From NCBI GenBank assembly GCA_951406725.2, contig OX597823.1:68634001-68698000 (forward strand): a stretch of DNA of 64,000 nt, written 5' to 3'. Positions 54,051 to 64,000 of this stretch are shown one piece after another. The translations under genes and the position numbers were made by a program. Positions within the stretch are counted from its first letter, which is position 1; each line of letters begins with the position of its first letter. The notes under the pieces were generated by a model. That model was not told the DNA's origin, made no database searches, and worked only from the letters and a program-made list of their open reading frames with translations. This DNA is from Octopus vulgaris. Lineage: Eukaryota.

Positions 54051-54249
54051 GGAGATTAATGATTAAAACCTTTTACAAAAATTTCTAGCTGTTCATAATA
54101 TGCCATCAGGCTGGAAACGCTGTATATAAACTCACATACTGTATACATAAACATGGATGTATATATGTTTATGAATGTGCATCAAGCAAAAAAAAACAAA
54201 AACAAAATTCCTACTTTGTTTTCTTTTTCTTTGTAACATGCTTAAAGTT

Positions 54250-56600
54250 AGTAGCAAAGAATATTTTGATCAACATTTCTGAAAAAAAAACTACGAGTTA
54301 GTTCTAAGGAATATAATCATTTTGATTCATTTGATATCAATTTAGAACTTTTCCCTAGTGTAAAGATCCAGATATTTAATCTATTTTTTAAAATTTTCAT
54401 TGCATGCTTTTTTTAATTCCTATTAAAGAAAAAAAGCAGATTTCATGCCAAAAGGTAATTTATTTAAGACAGCTTAATGTGTTCAATTATCAGTTGTTTA
54501 CCCTTAAAATACAACCAGGATCTCTCTATTAAAGTATTATTATTTTCTTCTTTTAGCCAACATCAAAAGAATTAACTGAATAAAGAAAAAAATAAACTAA
54601 TTTAAGATATTCCATCATGTTTAAATGCCCTGATTAAACAAAAAAGAATTGTAATGTATAAATAACTGAAGAACAATAAATTTTGTGATAATTCTGCTGT
54701 AAATACTATCTACATCTTTATCAATTAAGTCCAATAAAATAAGCTCCTTTGTAAAGTTATATAACCTTTAATTTGCTAAATTTACTTTAACTTAATCAAG
54801 TAGCTTTAGGGACAAAAAGTATTAATTAAGGAACTTCAGTATCATAAAATTTTCTGAGAATTTGTCTTTTGTTATTACAAACTATAAACAAAACTCAAAT
54901 GCTTTATATTAAAGAAATATGTTGAATCATTACATGTATGGCATAACTAAGGTATGTGATTTATAATTAAAATCATTTCATGGAGGAAAATCTCTACGTA
55001 AGGAGAAAATATGAAGTTGAATTATAATATATAAATTTGTTTATTTGCTTTATGTCTGATTTTCAGTGCTTGCATGGATTGGACAAATATGCTATTTGAA
55101 GCATTATTTTACAGTTTGATACCCTTTTCTTATGCAAACTGTTAAATGATTTTCAAGCGAGGGATTTCTTATTCTACAAAACTTCAAAAAACAAAGTGAC
55201 CAAAAGATTTATTGACAGGAGAAACTGAAAACACCATTTACCAGACTTTTATACATGTGATTTCAGAAGTAAACAAATAAACACACACACACACACATGA
55301 TGAATTTCTTTCAGTTTCCATTTAGCAAAACCATACACAAGAATATATAGTTTGCTCATGACTATAGTAGAAGGTATTTGTTCAAAGTACAATGCAGTGA
55401 GGCTAAACCCAAAACTATATGGTGGTTGGAAAATGAATTTCTCAATCATACATGTGTACTTGCACTTATTTGTGTGTGTCTGTGTTTGTGTGTGTGCGTG
55501 TGTGTGTGTGCTATATCTAAGGTTTGTGAGATACAATTGGGACCACCTTATAAAGGAACCATAGAAATTTCTGTGTACACTCAGCGCCTCAGAAAAAGTA
55601 GCTGAATTTTGTACACATTACACCTTAATGCCTACCAATGGAGAAGATACTTTTGATAATATAGTCTTAAAATTGGATGGCCATATCTGAACTGCCTTTA
55701 AATCATAGGTCTGTTTAATCAAAATTTAAATGACAATGACAATAAAATATACAACAGCCAGGTATTAGTGTTAGTTATATCACCAGCATTCCCACTGTAT
55801 TAAAAGTAGAAAATTAATCATAGGCTTTGTGCCAAATTGAAATGAATCATTATTTATAATTCGAAAACATTTATTCACATTTATTCTACTATTCTGTCTA
55901 AAATCATTTGATAGATTTCAATTAATGAAACTAGACGAGAGAAATGACTGAAAGATGTGAAAATAGCTACTGAAATCAATAGGTGAATATCACATTAATT
56001 AAATTTAAATGTAATGATTATTAACAAACTCAAGAAAGTTTAGGAAAGTAATAGGAAAATGTGCTTAACTTTTGTTGAAGTATGTACAATTTGCTTTCTA
56101 ATAATTTTAATAATCTATATATCGGAAATTTGTTTTTCTTATTGAAAGTTCTTTTAAAAAGTGATTACAATATATATGTAAATTTTTTATATTATTTTCT
56201 TTTGCTTCATTTATAATTCAAAATGTTTATTTTCAAATGGTTATTGAATACTTAGCATATATTATATAGATACTTGATTACAATATTTATGATATTATTC
56301 TTTCAGAAATTGAATTTTTAGAAAAACATAATCCATAGTTTTAGAATAAATATGCAGAATATTTTGTTGCTAATATGTAGTCAGCTTTATTTCATCAAGT
56401 CATTTATGTCTGAATGTTTTTGAAAATGTGTTTAATGTTTGTTCTAAATATAAGCAAAACATGCAAAGCAAAGAACAAATAATATTTGGAAGAAAGGAAA
56501 AAGACTTGAAGAAAAATGTCATATTTTAGATGAAAATAAAAATGTAATGGCTTAGAAAAAATTCAAATGATATAAACTCAGGACTAAGCTGTCACAGTTA
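54250..56600 (+). pseudogene. Decayed TLR-like remnant
   Basis: RQLNVFNYQLFTL (~54467), LSIKSNKISSF (54718-54750), TM-like CLTFVEVCTICFLIILIIYI (56062), DYNIYVNF (56163; cf. YDAYVSY), KNIIHSF (56322; cf. ENIIxAI). Confidence 0.45.
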
Positions 56601-58349
56601 AAACTGAGATGCTTGGAACAAAGTTAGGATAATTTTCTTTTTTTTTATGGCTGGAGTGTTGAAAGAAAAATATATGGTAATGAACAAGCAGCTCCACATT
56701 TTATTCATTGATCTAAAATCAATATATAAGAATGAATTGACACTAAGTGTTATTTAGAACATGTAAAGGAGCTGCAAGCATAAAAAGAACAACCAATATA
56801 TTCAGTGAACAGGAGTTGTTGTTTATCCTCAAGTTGGCCCTGAGTGAGCCAAGCAATGATCAAAGATATTCCATGAACACCCAGTCCTTTGTAGGTATGT
56901 CTGTGTATAAAGGACTGTACTCTTTTGTTTTCAAGATGGTAGGGTGGGAAGTTTCCGTGATAAAACAATTCTTTGTTTACAAACAGCAGAGAAGAAGTAC
57001 CAAGCATGTAATAACTATATCAGAGAGAAATGAAAACAAAAGACAAAACAAAAACAAACAATAAAAGCAACAAAAAACTAAGTAAAACTTATTTGATATC
57101 TTAAATGAATGGAGAAATCAGTTATCAAAAGTATTGGTTAATATACAACACTGGTATAAATATATCTACCGAATGAAAATAAACTTTGAGATAATGGTGA
57201 AGATTATAGAAAGGAGACAGGTCAAGTAAGAAATGAGGCAATTTCAGTTTATTAAACGTTTAAATATGAAGTTATTTACAAAACACACAAAATATTAGAA
57301 TGATACAAGTTCCAGGTAATTTAAAAATATATACTGGATGTTTTTTTCTTAATCTATGTCCATATGAAAAAGTAGAAAATAATATTTTAAAATAACGGTG
57401 ATGATGAAAATATTTCACATTAAGTATACCAAAATAGTTCTAAGCTCTTCATTTTACATCCATTTTCCATGCTGGCATGAGTTGAATGTGACGTCATGAT
57501 CCAAAATAAGTTCTTATTTAATTATCACAATCCTGGATAGATCAGGAAACCATACATTGTTCATATATTTCATTTGTGGTTTTGTTTCTTCAGCTATCTG
57601 CTTTTCCAAACATTAATTAGTTCACAGAGCATACAGGATAAATTTCAGTCATGACACCAGCACTATGGAGATTCTCTTATTCCAAGAATGATATAGAATC
57701 GTCTTTACCCCATGATGTCTCCATGCATTCACTGGAAACAGAGAGGTTGTCTCATTCCAAACAACACAAAAGAGTGTCCTCTCTCTACTGGATTACCTCT
57801 GTTCATTTGTTCTTCTCTTTTACACAAATTAGTGTATAGAGAAGGTCATTTTCTAACATGTCACTAGCACAGTCATGCATTGCTGATGTGGTCAGAGAGA
57901 CTTCAGAAGCTAAGAAAAAGGTGATAGAAAGAGACAGTATATTGAAAGAAGTTAGGAGATAGTGATAAAAAGTGAGTGACAAACAAGAGAGTAATGAAAA
58001 CATTGGTACATTGTAAGAAGATGCCTATGGCAGAGAGCCTTAATAGTAATACAATTTGATGCCAATTTTCATGTTGCCTGTGTTGAACATCTCAAATTCA
58101 GCTTTCTGTCCAGGTAGCCATCAACCTCATGAGTCTGCCTTTTTAGAGCCATATCCACCACATTTTTCTCAGTTTCCCTTTTCCACAGATTCTATCTACT
58201 TAGAAGGTTTGACATTTTTTAAACTGATATTCTCCATATGTATCATATCCCTGACCAGTGCTGTTTTTTCTTTTATTTACCACATCTGATTCCTTTTATG
58301 TATAACTATGAATGGTATAACTATGAATGTATAACTATGAATGGTAAGA

Positions 58350-60850
58350 ATAACAGCATCTACTTTATTGAGTTAGAATGCTAAAAGTGTGATATGTTCA
58401 GTATTATCTAATTATGATTTAAACAGCAAACAAGAAAAAATCAATTTATTCAAAGTTTAATTGTTATAAATTAGCATAATAGCTTAGCCTATGACTTTTT
58501 TGTCACTTCTATTACTATGGGAATTAAATTTTTTTCCTAAACCATATATTGATAAATTTCTTGAAAATTAGATTTTAGACAATGATACTTTAATGATAAT
58601 TTAGTTGTTGATATTTAATTTATATTATTAAATAAATATTGAAGGTAACAACTAACAATTGACAGAGTGAACAAAATATCTTGGGTCATTTATTGCAACT
58701 CCTGACAAAGAGTTCAAATATGTGTTTAAATGTAAAAAGCACCCACTACAATCATAGAGTGGTTGGCGTTAGGAAGGGCATCCAGCTGTAGAAACACTGC
58801 CAGATCAGACTGGAGCCTGATGCAGCCTCCTATCTTCCCAGACCCCGGTCAAACCGTCAAACCCATGCTAGCATGGAAAGAGGACGTTAAACAATGATGA
58901 TAAATGATGATGATGATGATGAATTCTACATGAAATTAAATCTCTAAGAATATTATGATAGATTGCAAGGGAAACTTCTTTTTACTCTTAGGTCATATTA
59001 CATCACCTAAAACCAGTAAGCGATGAAAAAGACATCAGAAAGCAACTCATGACTTGCTATAACAGTCATAAATAACATCCTATAACTTGAATTTTGTTAA
59101 CATACCTAAACACAAGTTATTTGATGCATTCATTGATGTATAAGTTTTGAAATATAATTTAGCAGATTTCTAACTTATTAAAAAATTATTAATAATTTTG
59201 TATTTTTCTTATTTCATTTTCTTTCTGTAAACTGTTTGTGACAAAGTTACAATGAGATGAATATAGAAATACAGAAAAATATATGTGAAGTGTCATTAAA
59301 AATTATTCATAAAAGCATTACAGTAAAAAAATAAAGGTAAAAAGTTACAATAGCTTAAAGAGTCTATAAAGGAAGATGGCCACACATCGGAAGCTGTTCT
59401 GCATTTTTTGATCACTGTGAATTCCTTAGATCTGTTACTTTGATTTGGTTGGCACAAATATTAACTATACAAGTTCAAACAATTTTTTTTATTATTTTAT
59501 AAATAGACTGAGAAAAACAGTAAAATTCTAACTAATGGATTGGGGTACTTTCATTGTTGCAAATAATATTATCCTTATTAATATTTTTATCATGATCATC
59601 ACCATCATCATCTTAACTTTCATTATTACAATTTTCTTTTATAATTCAATAATAAAATACAATTACAGATACAAAATTGATCAATAATAGAAAAGATTGA
59701 GAAAAATACTAATGGCATTGTTTACTTTTGCTTTATCTATTTATTTGGATTTTCAAAAGAAAGAAAGATGTTTTTCCCATATTGATTAGAACACAATTTA
59801 GCAGCTCTTTACATGTCTTAATTATTGGTTAAAATAGTATCAATGGCAAATATAATTAGAACACGCTTGGTGCCCAGGAAACAAAGCTGCTGGAAGTGGT
59901 TTTACAATGAAATGAACAGTTGACCTATACAGTTTAGAATCTTGATTATTCTAACACATAATTGATATTATTTCTTTTCTGGTATGTAAATGAAAAAAAG
60001 ATTTGTTTTTTTGAGATTAATTTAATGTGTAGATTATAACGTAATCACTGCCATTTCTCTTATTAGTTTATGAAACAAGCTAATTGACTTAAGATAGAAG
60101 ACTCCATGATTGTAAGTTATGTCTTCAAACTGGTAGCACTAACCATCAATATAAAAGTACATTAATGTTGTTGGTGTTAGAGATTGCCACTGAAGCTAAG
60201 CATGTTTGACTGTAATGCTGAACATTTTTATTATTTCCAATTAAATTGCTTTTCAATTGTTTCCAGACTTTTTTCTTAATATAATATTTCATTTTTAGCA
60301 TGGAATATATTTAAAAAAAATTTGCTTAAAGTTACAAAATATTTTTGGCCACCGCTATAAGCTTAATCGTTTCTTATGATTACTTATATCACAGTCATAT
60401 CTAAGTAGGTATTGACATAAATATTTGGCCATAAAATATCCTTTAGTTATAATTACAATATCTACATTTTAAGTAGAGCTAAACAATTATCAGTGGCAGT
60501 AAATTATTGAAGGATGAATATATTTAATTAATCAGTCAAACTAAAATAAATTATGGTTAACAATAATAATGGTAAGAGCTTGAAGGAATACATTATCTGA
60601 AGATTACGAGAGAAAAGAGAGACTGAAATATAGTGTAGATGAAAAAATTAGGTTAATTCTTTATAAAAGTCACATTACTCCTGCAATAACATCTTAAATA
60701 GCAATTGTGTTCTTTCATACTGAATAGTTTAACTTGGCTGGTTACATTATATATCTTGATATATGATTATTACGTGTTCTTTTTAGTTTGATACAAATAT
60801 TACATACATTTTATATCTCATTTTATGAGTTTCTAGGTTTCCAAATTTCC
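58350..60850 (+). pseudogene. Decayed LRR/TLR-like remnant
   Basis: IEGNN (~58638), VDYNVITAIS (60029-60058), KLIDLR*..HDCKLC (~60077-60122, LRR-CT-like), followed by a hydrophobic stretch. Confidence 0.35.
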
Positions 60851-61899
60851 CTATTAATATGTATTTTCAGCTTGGATTGCAGCTGTGACAAACTTGTCTA
60901 CTTTTTCTAAGAAATTATATCTATAACTCAATTATCTAGTGTATTCATATGAGTGAGGGCAAGATCAATAGGAATTTGGTTGTTATTTCTTGTAAATCAA
61001 TCAAATACATGCTCTTTTTGAACAAATAACATTTCAGCCTGTCAGTCCACTATAGCCTGTCACCCAAAATGTCTGTATAGCAAAACTATTTTTCCCATAG
61101 GAAATTCCAGAGAAGTTATGGCAAGTTTGAGCAGGGATGTGCACTGATCAAAAGCTAGACAGCAACTCACACTTTCCAGCTGATACTTCCAATTTGTCAC
61201 CAACCATTGTTGCCAGCTTGTGTATTCATTACTTGTGACACCATTTGTCATCCAAGACGTTTTATATCAATGAATAGAATGTAGAATTGTTTGTTCATTA
61301 TCATGTATGTTCTACTGTACTTGATTTGCAATATTCCAAATATAGTACCATGACAATCTGACATCCCTCACACTGTTTAACCTCTATTTAAATTACTGCC
61401 CTTCACCTCAACAAAATAGTCTCTTACACAGATAACATCACACACATTTTCTTTCATTTTCTAGACTGTTACATAATTACTCCATCACTACATCACTTAG
61501 AAACCTAGCTGCAAAACTGAGCAGTGCCTACAAAATTTTCTGCCACTCTTCTTTTTCTTAACTCAAGATCTCACCAAGTAGGGCCCATAGATCACTTCTA
61601 GGCAAAGAACTAGGATAAAGGAGGGTGTGACATTAATATCATGAAAACTCTCTTCTTTAAATGCAGATGTATGCATATTTAAGAAAGCAACTGAAATGTG
61701 ACGCTAACATAATTGATAAAAGAACTGATGACAATAAACTATGATGAATGAGATAAAGGAGCCAATAAAATAAAATGAAATGAGAAAGTAATGAAAGAAA
61801 TCATAAAAATATTAAAATGAAGAAAATTATCAACATTAAGCAAGGTAGTTGTTAACTGAATTTAAAATGACCAACAAACTATAGGGGGACATTTTATTC

Positions 61900-63250
61900 T
61901 ATAATTCAGCTCTTTTGTGGTAAAAATGCTTTGTGCATGAAACTGGCAGTGTGTTCATGAGATGTCCAGGAAGCTAAGATGCAAATCACTAAATTTGGCA
62001 AACTGAGCTCTGATGAGAAATTTTCTGAAATCAAAAGTGGAAAATGGAAGTAATAGTAAAAATGGTCAGACATGAAACATTCTGTGCAGTTGGAATGATG
62101 AAAAAGAGTTCATCACTGACTAGACTATGAAGTTTCATTCTGTACTCTATTAGAAGTTGTCAGTACATGCTCAGAGGAACGTACCGAAATGTGTGAAACT
62201 ATTCTATTTTTGGAAAAATCTAGTTCCTTCAGAGATAACATACAGCATCAGGTTTAATAACTTTTTTGGCTGTTTGAATAAAGTCCCTATTCTAACCACT
62301 GTTCTAGAACAGACGTAATATAAGAGTCCACTGTCAAGTCATGTATGCATTTAAGACCTAAAAAGACTCTTTCAAAGCAGATGTATCCATTGAAATCCAT
62401 CAAAGTCAGAAATTTCATGATGGCAATGGAAAGATAATAGGGTGGTCTTCAAAGCATTAATGGCAACATCATTTGTTTGATCATTGCATCATTCCAGTTA
62501 GGTCACTGAAAAGATCTGCTGCAAGTTTCAAATGTATGGTGCCACTCTAAGAAACGAGGTTGTAAAGTTTCTTCAGTAAACATGTCAATAAAAAGATCTT
62601 ATTACTTTATCAGCCAAAATATTGTTAAACAATAGGAAAAATATAGGTCCTTGAACAAATCCCTAGGGTATGCCAGCATTGATTTCATGAATGTGAAAGG
62701 ACTGAGTGTAGTGAGATACTTTCAGAATTCTTCCAATTAAAAACTGATAACAGAAGTGACTTAAGCAGATATGTCACAACTCATTAGCTTAAGAAGCAAT
62801 CCTTAATGTCATGTCAAGTACTTTGAAGATGTCTCAGAAAATAACATCTTAAAGCTGCTGTCTAGTACATAACTGAATATATTAACAGTGAACCAAGAAG
62901 TCCAAAAGTAAAACTACAGGAGATTGACTTTATGCAAGTGGTTAATGATATGCATATAAATGGTGAATTCAGACAACTTGCTTTTTATGATCATAAGATT
63001 AATTGGTTTATGGAATGAGGAAAAAGTCACCGGAGTTTTTGAAAATTGGGAAAACTAAGGCTTCTTCAATGAGTACATAATAGCAAATACGTGGTCCATA
63101 CTTAGTTGTTCAAAAGACTAGCAATGTGCCACATATTTCAGAGCTGGTGACTGGTATGGGATTATATATAAATTTAACTGACTTTAGATGCAGGGGGAGT
63201 ACAAAGAAAACATTTAAGGAAAAAATCTAGAATGGTAGTTGCAAGAGTAC
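61900..63250 (-). mobile_element. Decayed CR1/Jockey-group LINE RT fragment
   Basis: Minus-strand AGIP..VQGPIFFLLFNNI (~62620-62680; cf. GVPQGSVLGPxLFLLFINDL), INALKT (~62445), SHI..NRVQ (~62140-62195). Confidence 0.5.
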
Positions 63251-64000
63251 ATCATGTCAGTGTATATAAGCTCTCAAGTGTTAATATTATGAGAACATAG
63301 ACTCATTATTTCTGTAAAGTGTTGGCAATTGGAAGGACATCCTGAAGAGCATCAATCTACAGGAGCTAATAGCTCCCACTATGAAATGAAGCACACTGTG
63401 ACAAACCATCAACTCATGCCAACATAGAAAGTGGACACAAAATGATGACTGATGGTTTCTTTCATTTAAGATTAGCTATTTTACATAGAATATCATATAC
63501 TATGTTTAGAAAACATCCCTTAACATAATAGGTCATGTCACTTTCACTTATTGCTTTAAGTCATACTGAAGCACGTTGACTCAGTGTAGGACCACTTCAG
63601 ATTTTTGTCATGAAAGCTAATAGAAGATAATTTACTTTGATAGACCTAAAGAAAATGTTACTGACTAATTATGGTACATTATGTATAGTCTTAGATTCTT
63701 AATTTTAGCAACGAATATTTTGCAGGCTTGTATATTTGCAATTAAACTAATATTCATTGTTTATATTTCAATTTCATAATAAAGAGTAAAATAAATAAAC
63801 AGAGATGCTATTAACATTAGAATAATCATTTTAATATCTGTCTTCCATTTCCAGCATGAAATGTTGGAAATGGGTCCTAGTGAATTCATTTATCAGCCTC
63901 AACATTTTAAAGTACCAGTATTCTTTTATGTTTCAGTTATTTGACTGGGGTCATGCTAGAGCACCACCTTTTAGTCAAAGAAATCGACCCCAGGACTTAT

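Noticed and set aside
62005-62045. CTGATGA..GAAA hammerhead-like string
   Set aside because: No stem III/UH triplet or stem I complement, and it lies within LINE coding remnant.

Overview
AT-rich eukaryotic (animal) genomic DNA with no intact protein-coding gene. The SINE, microsatellite and TE content resembles what I recall of octopod cephalopod genomes; this is an inference, not a database result. The window holds nested mobile elements: a near-intact RTE LINE 5' half, a CRE-type non-LTR element with a PHD finger, a decayed Penelope-like element split by a Tc1 transposon, a maT/DD37D transposon, non-autonomous Helitrons, MITE/foldback elements, many tRNA-derived SINEs and (TA/CA)n tracts. 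Two less obvious signals emerge. First, the apparently unique DNA between the repeats translates, in short broken pieces, into LRR, LRR-CT, TM and TIR motifs in the correct order about eight times. This suggests a divergently arranged cluster of heavily decayed Toll-like receptor pseudogenes. Second, there are hammerhead-ribozyme motifs, including a composite element at 28.5-29.2 kb that joins a tRNA-like Pol III head to a Penelope-type minimal hammerhead with an inverted terminal copy. All translations were done by eye, and boundaries of decayed features are approximate.
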